Shown: piece after piece, positions 48,082 through 60,810 of the stretch
Numbering within the stretch: position 1 is the stretch's first letter
Layout of the letters: every line of letters begins with the position of its first letter
Assembly (NCBI GenBank): GCA_964187785.1
Contig: OZ076409.1
Coordinates: 8,186,001 to 8,250,000 of the forward strand
Origin: Amphiscolops sp. MND2022
Lineage: Eukaryota
DNA length: 64,000 nt
Direction: 5' to 3'
Program-made: the position numbers and the translations under genes
Notes under the pieces: generated by a model
The model's database searches: none
Told to the model about the DNA's origin: nothing
What the model saw: the letters and a program-made list of their open reading frames with translations, nothing else

Positions 48082-49772
48082 TCCTTCGAAGAGGATTGTT
48101 GTGGACGTTCTGTTTTTGGTTTTATTGGTTTTCGCGCTTGTTTGTATGCTTCGATGATCTTTTGTTGGGCTTCCGTAAGATTCCACTTCGGTGGTCGATT
48201 TTCCATGTTGGCTCCGAAGTAGCAATTTTCTTCTTCATGACCTGGTGTATTGCAATTCTCACATTTTGCTGCATCCGGGTCTTCTTCGAGTTTTCTTCGT
48301 TTTGCCACAATCGTTTGTTTGGGACAATCGGCCATCATGTGGCCTGCCTCTTTGCAATAACGGCATTGGTTGTTTTTGAGCGTTTTGTCAGGCACTGTTT
48401 TTGGCGTTTGTTTTTTGGTTTTTTCGTTCGGTGTTTTGTTAGATTTTTCAGTACTTTGTTCTTTTTTAGTAACGGTCATCTGAGTTTTGACGAGGGGTTC
48501 ATCAGCCTCTAAACCGTTGAGTTCCATCTCTCTTTCAAGATGTTTGACTATTTGGTCGTAATTGCCATTTTCAAGGTATGCTTGATTTATGGACTTTTTG
48601 AGATGGGGAGGCATTTTAGCATAGAGTAAGTTCTCTATCATTTGATGAGCGTTGTCCCCAAATGCTTTTTCGGCACTTTCTTGGAGTTCTTCCAGGAAAT
48701 CCGGAAGTTTTTGATTCTCTGGGTCAAATGAGAGTCTGTTAAACCGGTGCTTGGCCGATGCACTAGACTCCGGTTTGACATACTTTCTACGAAAAACCTT
48801 TAGGATGTCTTCTAAGGTCGTAGTTGGAGTTCTTTGTATGTTTTTGAATGTTTTGAGAGCCAAACCCCTCAGGTGTGCGTGAAAATGGTTAATTTTCATT
48901 TCTTCTGTTAGGTTTGGCTGCATTCGCAGTGTTGTATGAAATAAGTCTTCGAAATATTCGAATTTTTCATTTTTCTCGTTTTTGCCATTGAATGTGAGTG
49001 TGTTTTTGGGATGAAATAAGGATTGTGGAGAGTTTTTGTTTGCCAGTTTTTCTATTGCTAATGCAATCTGGTTAACTGGGTCGACTTGTTTTGTTGTCGA
49101 ATTTGACAAATTTTGGTCTGCGCGGGATCCTATTGTGTCGTTGAAGTTTTGTGAGCTTTGTCTATAGAGTTGTCGGTTGGCTCCTGTCACCATGTGATAA
49201 TCCTCTCTTAAGGGTTCAGCGTCAGATTCTTCGTCAGAATGAATAGTCACATCTACATCAGATTCAGCTCGAAACAATGGTTTCGCAGGATGCTTAAGGT
49301 CTTTCATCTTAGACGCTCTTAGAGGATAATCGTTGTTTTCAGAATCTGAGTTTTCATTATTAGATGCGTGAACTCTTATAGACGGGTCTATTCTGGATCC
49401 CGATGGTTGTGGTTCTTGTATTTCATATATATCAGATCTTGGGTTTGTTGCAATTGAAGTATTTTTGTTGCATTTTATCTCTTTCAGAATTGCTTCTAGT
49501 TTACTATCCATTTCTTCTCTTATTCTCTCTATTCTTTCGGTATTTTTCTGCTCAACAATTTGTGTCCAAACTTGTATTTCATCACTAATTTGACTGGGTT
49601 CTCTTAGCTGGTTTTCCAAGTTTGGTTCACCTAAATTTTCTTGAACATTTAAGTTAGAATTAGTTAAAGTTATATTACCTGTTTCTGAAGAATCGATCCT
49701 AGTTTCGCTTGTTTCTCTCTCAGTAGATGGGGTTGCTAGTCTCCTCGATCTTCGACTTCTTTTATTTCCCAT
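48072..49772 (-). CDS. gag: Gypsy Gag, 566 aa, starting inside the 5' LTR
   Basis: MGNKRSRRSRR N-terminus, capsid-like core and two CCHC knuckles (CRYCKEAGHMMADC, CENCNTPGHEEENC). Confidence 0.93.
   Translation of the reverse strand: MGNKRSRRSRRLATPSTERETSETRIDSSETGNITLTNSNLNVQENLGEPNLENQLREPSQISDEIQVWTQIVEQKNTERIERIREEMDSKLEAILKEIKCNKNTSIATNPRSDIYEIQEPQPSGSRIDPSIRVHASNNENSDSENNDYPLRASKMKDLKHPAKPLFRAESDVDVTIHSDEESDAEPLREDYHMVTGANRQLYRQSSQNFNDTIGSRADQNLSNSTTKQVDPVNQIALAIEKLANKNSPQSLFHPKNTLTFNGKNEKNEKFEYFEDLFHTTLRMQPNLTEEMKINHFHAHLRGLALKTFKNIQRTPTTTLEDILKVFRRKYVKPESSASAKHRFNRLSFDPENQKLPDFLEELQESAEKAFGDNAHQMIENLLYAKMPPHLKKSINQAYLENGNYDQIVKHLEREMELNGLEADEPLVKTQMTVTKKEQSTEKSNKTPNEKTKKQTPKTVPDKTLKNNQCRYCKEAGHMMADCPKQTIVAKRRKLEEDPDAAKCENCNTPGHEEENCYFGANMENRPPKWNLTEAQQKIIEAYKQARKPIKPKTERPQQSSSKDLN
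48075..48081 (-). promoter_or_regulatory. -1 ribosomal frameshift slippery site T TTA AAC
   Basis: X XXY YYZ heptamer in the gag frame just before the gag stop; the -1 frame is pol. Confidence 0.8.
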
Positions 49773-50872
49773 TTTGCTCAGTAGAAAACAAGTTATGTTT
49801 GCTGGGGAAGAATTTGAATTATGTTCTCAAATTGAAAATCCAAACTTGAAAGAGAACAATGAAGGCAGTGGAAATGTGGGTTAGAGCTTACAGGAATTGG
49901 ATCAACTGCACTCGGTGAAAGTTATTTCAATTGTGTTTTTCTTACAAAATCCTTATTTTCAAAAATATAAAACAATGACAATCATTTTTGCGAGCATCAT
50001 AGAATCCTGGAAAATCTAAAAATAGGATAACGTCAGATTGCGTAATTCTATTTATATCATCTCCAAAATGACGTAAATGCTTCTAATCATCCTTAAATCC
50101 TAGGAAAATGCTGCAAAATGATATATTAAACATCGCAAATACTATCTGATACAGTATAATTGCATGACATTCAAAAACTGCACATTTAGCTGAAAACCGC
50201 ATAACTCCGCATATACGTCAGCCTCGAAACCGTAGGGTGACGTATAACACACGTGAACATTTTCCTCACGTTTGCTTAGTATTGTATATACAGCACAACA
50301 CGATCCGCATAATATTTGGTAGAAACCGTATGTTAACGTATAATCGTCACTGCAAGAAACGCATAGTGACGTATACTGCGAATGGTGAAATGGTATATTA
50401 CCGCATACACTAATGATTCAAAACGTATGTTATCGCATATTCAAAAGCGTATAATGACGCATACTTGAAAATCATTTCACGCATAATGAAGTATATTCGT
50501 AAAGCTATTTCATGTATGATGACGCATCCTTATTAGTTGAAAAATGTCTAATGACGCATAATCGCAATTCTAATTGTAGCATGATTACGCATAATGAAAG
50601 ATCAAAAATCACAGATTTACCTTACTTATGTAGCTTTTAAGCACATGTTACTCTTATGAATGAATTTTAGATGAACTAGACGTCAATGAAAGGCTCAGAA
50701 AATATCTTAGAATGAAATTCATCAATGGAAATACACAAATAATTCCAAGACATTGTAGAATAACATCAAAAAGGAGTTTCGAGAGAGTTTAAAATGTTTT
50801 ATTGTTAAGTCTTTCCAGATGTTCCTTTTCATTGCTGCACCACGGAACCATCGTATCTCGAGGGATGCGACA
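49193..50872 (-). repeat. 5' LTR of the Gypsy element
   Basis: Followed directly on the minus strand by PBS TGGTGACAGGAG. Confidence 0.97.
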
Positions 50873-51520
50873 TAAGTATGTGCGCCAGGGTCAAGACCTG
50901 AAACTTGTCCTTAATTGTGCACTGATTCCTATAGTTTATTGGAGAATTTATCCATCGTTTGTCATTATGTCTATCATAATCCTTTCCTAAACTGGTCATT
51001 GAAGAAGAAAGGATGCGAAATCGGGACATGTACAGGAGGTTTTCTCTCCGACGTTACTTGAAGTGTGATCAAAAGGAAAGGTAGAAAGTTTTCCTGTTCT
51101 AGTATTTCCTGACTCCGAAAGACGCCGAGCTGAAGAAGGTGTGAAGTACACGTGCGGGATTTTCGCGCCTAATTTGAAGTATTTTTACCTGATGATGGAT
51201 TAGGTAAATACACAATTCCTTGTTACATTTGTAACGTTCAGTACTTTCATTTTGATTTGTTTTACAGGATTTTCTGATTTTATCTCAACTACATCTTACA
51301 TCCGAACTTTGAGAACGTTATATCCAGAATTAGGTACAAGTTAGATTTTTTATGAAAAACGGTTTACCTAGCACATTTTACAACATTTAAAAATTCTCCA
51401 AGAAACGTTATATCCGGTATACGTTTTATCCAGAATTCGTTATATCCAGTTTGCGTTAAATCCGGTATGTTGACAAGCAAGCTATAAAATTAAAAGCAAA
51501 TAGTAATCGTTCCGTTTCAA

Positions 51521-51590
51521 GGCATTTTGGCAAAAAGGATGCGCGCTAGCTTTCGAGGCAAAAGACCGTGGGTTCGATTCCCGGACACGT
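51521..51590 (+). ncRNA. tRNA-derived A/B-box unit in the LTR of D
   Basis: GGCATTTTGGCAAAAAGG...TTTCGA...GTGGGTTCGATTCCCGGACACG. Confidence 0.65.
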
Positions 51591-52539
51591 AAAAATAATT
51601 CAAATTTTAGAAAAATTCCTCAATTTCGGTAGAATAACCTTGAAAAAGGGCCTTGCTATTTAGGTTTACTGTTGTTTTTTGTTGACAAACATCAATTTGT
51701 TCTTTTTGCAGTCCTTTCATATTACTACTTACATTGTATGAATAATTTTGCAACCGTATATAGCCAAACTCAATTCAATATTTTTCGACTCTCAAAAACG
51801 ATCTAAAGAATCGCCAGCTATAGTTAATTCATGGTGGCCATAGAGAGGCAAACTTATTATCCACACTGGAAGATTCATCTTTCAACCGTATCATCTTTCA
51901 ACCGCTTCAACCGCTTCCGTGCTTAGTTACTAAAAAATTCCTACTTATAATTATAAATTCTTTGGTCTTCTGAAACTTGACTCAGACATTTGACCAATTC
52001 TGATACCAGCTAATTAACTCTAGCTTATTGGTTGTTACATAATCATGTTGTCGGGTTTACCAAATCAAACGAATGACGTCCGAACAGTCACCAAAAGGTA
52101 GTACTTTACCAGAATCGAACAAAGCCCAGAAGACAAGCAGCACTCAAAGTCCTCGGAACATAAAGAAGAATCATGAACATGAGTGAAACTGGAGTGTATC
52201 TTTAATAATACCTTACCCCCCACCGTAAACCCGAAAATGTCCCGCTGTCACAAACTGGCGTGCCCCAAAAAGTGCTCTGCTTGACGAAGGTGACCTGCAC
52301 CCTCCTTCGCTAAGTGAATCCCCGATGTAAAATCTTTTAGACCAAAGATTTGTATGAGAAGAAACGTCTATTCAACTTTTTCAATGAGAAAGCCAAACAA
52401 GAGAATCATTACCGCCAACTCAAAGTTTGATCACCAAATTACAAAAGAATATGACTCACTTTTTGATCTGAATAGCAAGGCCATTTCGAGAGTATTTTTA
52501 CCGAAATCGGAGAAATATTTCCAAAATATAAAATATTTT

Positions 52540-52608
52540 GCATGTCCGGGAATCGAACCCACGCCGGTCAAATACCGGCCTTGTACTCTACCGCTGAGCC
52601 AAGCTGCC
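52540..52608 (-). ncRNA. tRNA-derived A/B-box unit in the LTR of C (also 61048-61116)
   Basis: GGCAGCTTGGCTCAGCGGTAGAGTACAAGGCCGGTATTTGACCGGCGTGGGTTCGATTCCCGGACATGC: consensus A box TGGCTCAGCGG and B box GGTTCGATTCC, followed by TTTT. Confidence 0.8.
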
Positions 52609-52816
52609 TTATAATTTGTTTGTTTTAAATTAACGATATTTGTATTGCTATCGCAACATCCTCCGGGCCCAAGAAGATGAAGAATGTTAAAATGTCAAAA
52701 ACAAACTTTTTTCTCGATTTTATTTTCATATTTTCCATAATCAGTTTGGAATGAAAATTCATGATACATATTTTGAAGATACATGTGGTTCAAAAGTTAA
52801 GTACAATTAAAATGGA

Positions 52817-55800
52817 TTATGATAAATCAATTAAATCAGGGGAAGGAAGGACTGGGGCTAGTTTCACGACCGGACGGACAAGGTTTCCAGACGTGGTTTT
52901 AACTTCGGCAGAGCGAGCGACAGCATCGCTGCCAAAATGGAGTTTGATGACACGTGCGAGAGGGTAGTAGCCTCTCGGGTTAGTGGGTTCTACAATCCAA
53001 ACGAGATCTCCGGTTTTCAATTGCCTGTTGGACTGTGTGCACCACTTTGAGCGACGATTCAAAGTCGGCACGTACTCTTTAAGCCACCTGTTCCAGATAG
53101 CGTCAGAATAAGCTTGGGCGCGTGCATATCGCTTGCGGTGGTCAAAATCACAGTTAGCATGGGACGGTAGAGACGATCCAGCTGTTCCAAGCAAGAAGTG
53201 GTTAGGTGTCAAAGCATCCAAGTCGGTTGCATCTGCGCTTGCTGGAATCAGCGGACGAGCGTTGAGGCTCTGCTCCACAAGACAAAACACCGTTGTTAGT
53301 ATTTCCTCTGTCAAGCGACGGTTGCCGAGTATCGCATAGAAAGTATGCTTAAAACTTCTCACTAGCCTTTCCCAGACACCGCCATGGTGTGGAGCACTAG
53401 GAGGATTAAACTTCCAGCTGACACCTTTCTTTACCATAGACTCAGCAATTGACTGTTGATTCCACTTGAGAACGTTCTGGAGGAGTTCTTTCTCTGACGC
53501 AACAAAATTAGTCCCATTGTCTGACAAGATAACAGAAGGGATGCCCCTACGGGAAACAAATCTCTCAATTCCCATGACGCAACTGCTAGTGTCCATTGAT
53601 GGCACAACTTCGAAATGGACAGCGCGAGTTGTAAGACATGTGAAGAGAAATCCCCACCGCTTCTCTGTGGAGCGTTTAACGGAGACGTAGAAGGGGCCAA
53701 AGTAGTCTAAGCCAGTATTTGTAAAGGGTCGCGATGAAAAGGCCAAGCGTTCTTTTGGTAGATCGGCCATAATCGGGGTCAGCGTTTCCGCTTTACGTTT
53801 GCGACATGTTACGCATCTGGTTTGAATCGTTCTCAATGTCGTTCGCAGTTTGACAATGGCAAACTTCTGTTGTATCAAGGCTCTCAAGTACTCTACGCCT
53901 TGATGGTAGTGCTTCTCATGAAGATGTTCTAAAAATAAACGAACTGCGGGGTGCCGGCTATCGAGTAAAATAGGGTGTTTGACGTCAAAGTTGGCAATTT
54001 CCAGATGTTTTGTTCGACCTTGAGCACGGAGAAGGCCGTTTGGACCGATAAAGGGGGAGAAATCTTTTATAACTGAAGGCTTGCTCAATGAACAAGTCTT
54101 CAGCAGATTTTTTGTTTCGTTCGGGAACGTTTCGGACTGTACCAAGAAGAACAATTTTTGTTCAGCACTTTCAAGCTCGACAGGATCAGTAATTGCTCCT
54201 GTTTTAGTTCTGTTACCAGAGAATCTCGGCAAAATACGCAAAATGAATGCAGCAATGCGCAAAAGTTTCTCGTACGAGCTGTACCTTTGCCATTCGAGAG
54301 TTAGGACATTAGGAGTTACACTTGCGGTATTTGCTGTTGTCTCTTGGTAGACTGAGTCGGCGTTAATTTTATTGGAATCATAGTTTTTCAATTTATTTTT
54401 CAAGATCTCTTCCGTCGGCTGAAAAGGCCAATCAGGAGTCATCAAGAACTTGGGACCTTTGAGCCAAGAACTGTCAAAAAGGGATTTTGCCGGCAGACCG
54501 CGCGTGCCCGCGTCTGCCGGGTTGTCGGCTGTTGGCACGTGGTTCCATTCATCAACTGTCGTCAACTCAAGAACTTCGGCAACTCTATTGGCGACAAATA
54601 CGGGTTTTTTGTCAATGGAATGGAGCCATTGGAGCACAGTTGTACTATCGGTCCACATGAACGTTCGCTCAACAGGTACCGTGAGTGCTTGTTGAACTTC
54701 ATCCTTTAGTCGGGCTGCTAAGAGTGCGGCTTGGAGTTCCAATTTCGGTATTGTGAGCGCTTTCATCGGGGCAACACGAGCTTTCCCAAAGACAAGGGCT
54801 AACTGGGTTTCAGTCCTCTCGTTGCGGCTCACTCGCGCACGGAGGAAAGCAACAGCGGCAAAGACATCTTGAGAGCTGTCGCCGAAAACGTGTAACTCAA
54901 CACTTCTCATGGTTCCACGAAAATAACATCTCGGAATGGTTATTTCGCTCAAATTGGGAAGCTCTGCGGCCCATTCAAGAAACTTTTTGCTAACGTTGTC
55001 AGGCAGATTGTTGTCCCATTGTTGCCCACTCAGGCGCCAAATGTCTTTCAACAAAAGGCGGGCTGTTACAGTATATGGTGCCGCAAGACCAATGGGATCA
55101 TAAACCGCGGACACTAAACTAAGGACAACACGCTGTGTTACTGGTCGATTCAAGTCAGGTGTAGTTCCTCTGCTGACAACCAAGGTGTCACGACTATGGT
55201 TCCATTTCAAACCCAAAACATGAAAAGTGTCTTCATCTGTTTCTAAGACTTTCTCGTTCGATTCGGCAGGCAGTTGATATTTGGGGTCGACGATTTTCAC
55301 CAATCCTGGAACATTACTGACAAACTTGGTTAGGTTGAAACCACCTTTGGCTAACATTTCGACAAGATCTTGAGCCTTCTTGGTTGCTTCGTTGATGGTG
55401 GGGCTTGATTCAAGATAATCGTCCATGTAAAAATTGTTTTCGACACTGTTGGTGGCTTCAAGAAATTGGATTCGGTTGTCACGAGCAGTCTGTTGCAAAG
55501 CGTAGTTGGCACACGTTGGCGAATCCTTCGAACCGAAGATGTGACGTACGTATTGGTACACAGCGACGTCTGTTGCAGGGTCCTCCCGCCACAGAAAACG
55601 AAGAGACGGTCGGTCTTCGGGGATCACACCAACTTGTAAAAACATTCCCTCGATGTCAGCGGATACAGCATAGGGATGTTGTCGGAATCGCATGAGCACA
55701 TGGATTAACGTTTGCAACAAGTCAGGACCAGTTAAAAGTGTGCTGTTCAGTGAAACACCATGAAATTTCGCTGCACCATTGAGTACACGGCGTACTTTTC

Positions 55801-58800
55801 CTGGCTTGTGAGGGTGGATCACTGGGTGGTGCGGTAGATACCACTCACGCGGGTTGTCAACTCTGAAACAGTCTGACTTGTCGACTTGAACGATGTATCC
55901 CTTGTCGAAGTCGTCCTTAATGGTCTGAGCGTAACTCGCTTTCTGTTCAGGAGTTTTTTCGAGTCGGCGTTCAAGGGATTTCAATTGCACTAAGGCTGAA
56001 AAGTAGTTGTTCGGGAGACTACTCTCGTCATCAGCCCACAACATACCGACCTGATATCGGCATCCGTCATGATATGTTGTTTCTTGCAAAATTTTCGACG
56101 CTCTAGCATCGTCAGCAGAGCGCGGGTCTATTTGTTTCATTGCAGCAAACGACTCCATTTCATACCAACTCCGAAGTTGATCGGCCAACTTGGAGTCAGT
56201 CTCGCTTTGCGTGACAGCTTTGAAGCAAGTCGAGACGAGTCCTGTAGTCGAAAGTAATGGTCCACTCAAAACCCAACCCAACGGTAATTGGACGGCAATT
56301 GGGGTATTTTTTCGGTCGGATTCAAAATACTCCAACGGGCGGATTGAGTGGAACACGTCTTGACCCAGTATCATTTCGACCTCTCCATAACTGTACTTGC
56401 TCAGAGCGACGGGCTCCAAATGAGGGTACTGTTGCTTCAATTGGTCAACATCAATGACATCGTTTCCAACATGCAAGTTTTTTTCTGACGTAAGGTTTGA
56501 CATCAAAGGTAGAGCAAGAGCCACCCGAATGAACAGGTGTCAACTTAAGCTCAACTATTTGAGTGTCAACAACTTGTTGAGAATTGATGCCATGAACAGT
56601 TAGTTTGGTCGGTAAGCCCTTTACGTTCAACTTGGTTGCGAGATCTTCGGAGATCCAAGAGTGACTGCAGGCTGAGTCACACAGTGCCATTACCTTGGCG
56701 GATTTAGTCGAAGTGTGAACTTCAACTTCAGTAATTTGGAGCAGTCCTTTCACATCGGTCACGGAACAGACTCCGGAGCTCTCTCCAGCTTTATTCACAG
56801 TTGTTTTGAGGCTACGCGATCCAGTTTCTTGGTTACTGGACGATTTCGGTGTCGTTTTTGGTTGGAAAACTCTCTCTGCGCCATGTAGCAGGGTGTTATG
56901 AGAGCTGTTACATCCATCTTTGTTGCACTTGCGTGGTTGTGGACATTGTCGGAAAGAATGGTTTCCTTTCAGGCAGGAGAAACAAAGTTTGTTTTCGGCA
57001 ACAATCTTTGCTCTGTCGGTCGGCGTTTTATCAAGGAACACGCGACAGCGCCACAGTGGATGGTAATCCTTGCACACGTTACAGTTTAATTGCATTTGAT
57101 TCGGTTTAGTTCTGGATTCTTTTGAAGATGCGCTAGAACTTGTTGCGGCAAAAACTTTCGTACCAGTCTTTGTTCGAGTAACTGATTGCGTACTTTCATC
57201 GCTCTTGGGCTTTGTGGTTGAGATTTTCATCCTCTCATGTGCTTCGGCTTTATCTTTCAACCATTCGTTAAAATTCCAAGAGGGTTGGTCGGCTCCAATC
57301 TTTCTTGACAGTGTGCATAGACCAAGCTTCCCTCATGTTTGGGGGTAGTTTCTGCACGGCTTGACCCAATAAGGCTGCACTTGACAAATCGTGTTCGTAT
57401 TTCAGCGAACGGAACACGCCAACCATAGCGGAAATTGTTGCAGAAAATGCTATCACATTCTCGCTGTTATGCATTTTCAATGGAGGGAAGCTATTCAGTT
57501 TGTCAAGATGAGCAGACACAACTGCCTGTGGTTGACCAAATTTCCGCTCGAGCGTCTTCAGTGCGTCTTGGTACATAGTCCCACAGTATGCAAATTCCAC
57601 AATTGCTGCCTTCGCTTTGCCTGTCACAAGCGTTTTTAAATACGTCAGCTTAACATCATTCGAGAGTGGTGCGGAGTCGATAGCACTCCTAAACTGACCT
57701 ATCCACTCGTGCCACTGCAATGGGTCTCCGCTATATTGCTCTAGTTTCCACTCAGGAAGATGGTCTTTTTTGGCAGCAGTCAGTAACTGCGCAAGGTCTT
57801 GGACAGCAACTGGAGTTAGCGTTGAAGGGGGAACGGTCGACTGGACTGTAGTCGGAAACGTTGAAACTGGAAAATTCGCGGCGGCTGCTGTAGTCTGTTG
57901 AATTGGTAAAGTTGTTGTTGGAAATGTTGTCGCAAGAGGGTTACAGTAGAAGGTTGTTCCTCCACTTTGGATTGGTACAACTGGTGTGAAAATCCCGCTT
58001 GTGGTCACTATTGGTGTTGTAGTTGTGCTCGTTAACGTAACTGGTCCTCTTACAGGCTGCGGAACTGTAGCATGTACTGTGGGGAGGTTACTCGGAGCCG
58101 GAAATGTCCAAGCAGACACGTTCGGTATGACATGGCTCGTTGGAATGTTGACTTGAGTCATTGTCGTAGTAGGAGTGACAGAGCGTTGTACTGGCGGGTA
58201 CATAGTCACTGGTACCGTCGCGGAGGAAACAGTATTCGTTGTAGTGTTCGCGGGTAGCGTACTGGTTAGCCTCGGATTGGTAGGAACAGACGAAATTCCG
58301 AATGAGGGACTCTGGTTTTGTCCCTGGTTTTCTCCCAGTCCAATATTGAAATTAGCTGACGATCTCATCGGTAGCATTGCTTGTTTCGTTTGAACAACAT
58401 TGGTTGAGTCGGTAATGACTGTGGGAGTGGACGATCCAGCGACATTGTTCAGATCAACGGTATTGGTCTGCAGTTGATTTGAAACATTGTCGGGTTCATT
58501 GACTTCATTGACCCAGTTGGACACTCTCAGTGACGTGGTTTGCTTGGAGTGATTACTAATCTGAGAGAGTGTATCATGAAGTTCGTCAGACGCCTGAGAA
58601 AAGTCGTCTGTCAACTCCAACTCAGTGAGCTTGGCTTCGGCAAGTTTTCGTCTATTTTCTTCTTCCAGTTCTTGTAATTGGAGAGCTTGTTCTTCTTCCA
58701 AACGCTCTCTTTCGCGTTCCAATTGTTTTCGTGCTACCTCTTGTTTCTGTTTAGCCAAACGAATGGCATTTGCATTTTGTCGTTCTAGTTCTTCTCGACG

Positions 58801-59247
58801 TTGGGTCGCCATAAGGAGATCCCTTTGTCTTTGACTAGACGTTTTTGTTTTGACAGAAGTTGATGATCTTCTGGAGGTGCTTTTATGGACAGTGCCGATT
58901 GATGGGTTGGAATTTACATCGGATCCAGTGCAACTGTCGATGTACTCACGAGCTTTTCTTAACACTTCGTCATTTTGCTCAGTGACTTCGCTAAACCACT
59001 TTTCTAAGTCGGCTTGAACTGTTTCCGAGTCAGATGTTTTAGATGCAAGCGTTTTCAACTGTTCGTTTTTGTTGAAAGCCTTCGTCATTGTATCTTCGGT
59101 TTCTTTAACAAGACGTTCGACTCGAACCCTTCGATCTCGACTTGTAATGGAATCGAGTATCTTTTGTTGAAGAGTAATCAAGTCAGTCTGTGCCTTTAGT
59201 CGGTTTTCGTGAAGTTTTTGAACCTTGTCTTGTTGCGAATCTGTCAT
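52817..59247 (-). CDS. gag-pol: Gag-Pol of C, with two single-base homopolymer frameshifts (~57270, ~56480)
   Basis: Three consecutive ORFs collinear with the B polyprotein: DUF1759, knuckles, DSA protease, YMDD, RNase H and DDE integrase. Confidence 0.93.
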
Positions 59248-59447
59248 TTTGTCTGTTTTGATTTTGTTTAGATTAAAAAAGGATAGTCGCGGAGCATGTT
59301 GCGGTTAGTTGAAAGATTAAGAAAAAGAAATCAACAAAACACGTTACTGTTTTCGAGAGAGTCCCTTCTGAGCATCAACCGAGCAGTGAAGCTCGGACAC
59401 AGCACAGAAAGGAAGGAAGGAAGCGGGTTGCAGCGTCAACCGGTCAG

Positions 59448-60089
59448 TTAAGTCCGGACGCGGCTACAACACGAAAAGTGGGTTAGTTTACTCGCTGGCA
59501 GCAGATAACGTGTTTTTAACGCCTTGCGGGCGCGTTTCGAATGACGTTTGGGGCGACTACGGGCAGTAATTTGAGACAAATCATCTTCATGTTTCAAAAT
59601 TGTATGCAAATGTTTCAATTCCAGATCGGGGCTCTGATGTAGTGCCTTCAAATTTTGCAAATAGTCTGAATCTTTTTGCTTTCGCAATGAAATGAGGTCT
59701 TTTCCAATACTCAAGACTAGGATGTTAGTTTTCTGCAATTCGGCAAAAATGTCTGGCGTTCGGTCACGTTGGCAGTACACTAGAGCCCTGATCCTGTTTT
59801 GATATGATTTCAATACTTCAATTAAAGTTGGAACGGGAAGAGCACGATAAAAGTTACTCTTGTGCTTGCAAATAGTATTGTTTATAACATCATGCCAAAT
59901 TATTAGGTCTTTTTCGTCTTTGAAATCGTTTTCAATCAAGTTCTGAACTACTTTTTTAGGATTTTTTGCGTTAATGTTCAAGCTCAGGCCCGGTATGGAA
60001 TAAACTTTTTCTTTTAGAGCGTTTTGATTTTCGGGGTTAATAGTTTCTATTGCATGATGCAACGAACTAGCAGCTAATATGAAAACCAT
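59448..60089 (-). CDS. ORF0 of C: 213-aa SGNH-like protein
   Basis: Intact homolog of 28989-29597 (MVFILAASSLHHAIET, IIWHDVINNTI, ALHQSP, RSRPKRHSKRARK). Confidence 0.8.
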   Translation of the reverse strand: MVFILAASSLHHAIETINPENQNALKEKVYSIPGLSLNINAKNPKKVVQNLIENDFKDEKDLIIWHDVINNTICKHKSNFYRALPVPTLIEVLKSYQNRIRALVYCQRDRTPDIFAELQKTNILVLSIGKDLISLRKQKDSDYLQNLKALHQSPDLELKHLHTILKHEDDLSQITARSRPKRHSKRARKALKTRYLLPASKLTHFSCCSRVRT

Positions 60090-60374
60090 TCAGCCTTTTG
60101 CTGTTTGTTTTTTGGAAAAGTTCCCGTTTTTTGCAGTAGTTCAGAAAAATTCACTATTTCACTTCAATTTCATAAAACAGTCTAGGGTACTTCACAGTAA
60201 ATCACGTTGTTTTACGGTTTATCACGATATTTTCCAACGATTGTTTTTTTCAATAAGGCCTTGCTATCGACTAGCACACATCAATGATATTCAATTAAAA
60301 TTGTTCAAACAGAGAGAAGTTTTCCAAAGTTTTCTCTCGAAAAAGTTCACACACAATCCCCCAGTTCACACACT

Positions 60375-60810
60375 CGAAAAGGTTCAGACACACAGAGGGC
60401 GTCAGCCGACACAGAAGAAGTCCACTGAAGAGGAGTGTGTACTCGTCGGTGTGATGGTGCGGGGACAGGTAATAGAAGTTGAGGAAGCGCACCCGGAACA
60501 CGGTCCAGTACACAGTGACACACATGTACAGCAGCAGCACCACACAGAGCGCTTGTATGAGAAAGTAGTCGCGGCCAGAAGCGAACACTTCAGTGCTTCT
60601 GGAAGAAGGTCACCTCGCTCCACACCAGCGTCAGCGAGAGAAAGGCCAGCAGGATGCCACTGGTCTGGTACACTTTGGGGGCAATGACACACTTCCAGTA
60701 GAACTCGAGTCTGGGATCGCAGCAGAGTGAAGAGCGCACGTGGGTTCCTTGGCTGTATCTCCTGTACTCACAGGTTCCGCTGCTTTTGCTCTTGACGATG
60801 TCTTCCAACG
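60375..60810 (-). pseudogene. LMBRD2: Captured intronless fragment of a host LMBR1-domain gene (LMBRD2-like) in the leader of C
   Basis: LEDIVK..EFYWKC..LVWSEVTFF, then VYWTVFRVRFLNFYYLSPHHHTDEYTLLFSGLLLCRLTPSVCLNL, closely paralleling the LMBRD2 transmembrane region. Has an internal deletion and frameshift, and is more GC-rich than its flanks. Confidence 0.88.

Larger units (their letters stand above)
34231..50872 (-). mobile_element. 16.6-kb Ty3/Gypsy LTR retrotransposon with two accessory genes
   Basis: 1680-bp TG...CA LTRs (49193-50872, 34231-35910) with only a handful of differences. TSD TAAGT at 34226-34230 and 50873-50877. PBS TGGTGACAGGAG (tRNA-Leu-like). PR-RT-RH-IN order. Confidence 0.98.

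Noticed and set aside
52354..52614. 86-aa ORF in both LTRs of C
   Set aside because: Antisense across the tRNA-like unit, with no evident counterpart in the B or D LTRs.
60079..60687. 202-aa + strand ORF
   Set aside because: Shadow frame opposite the LMBRD2 fragment and leader.
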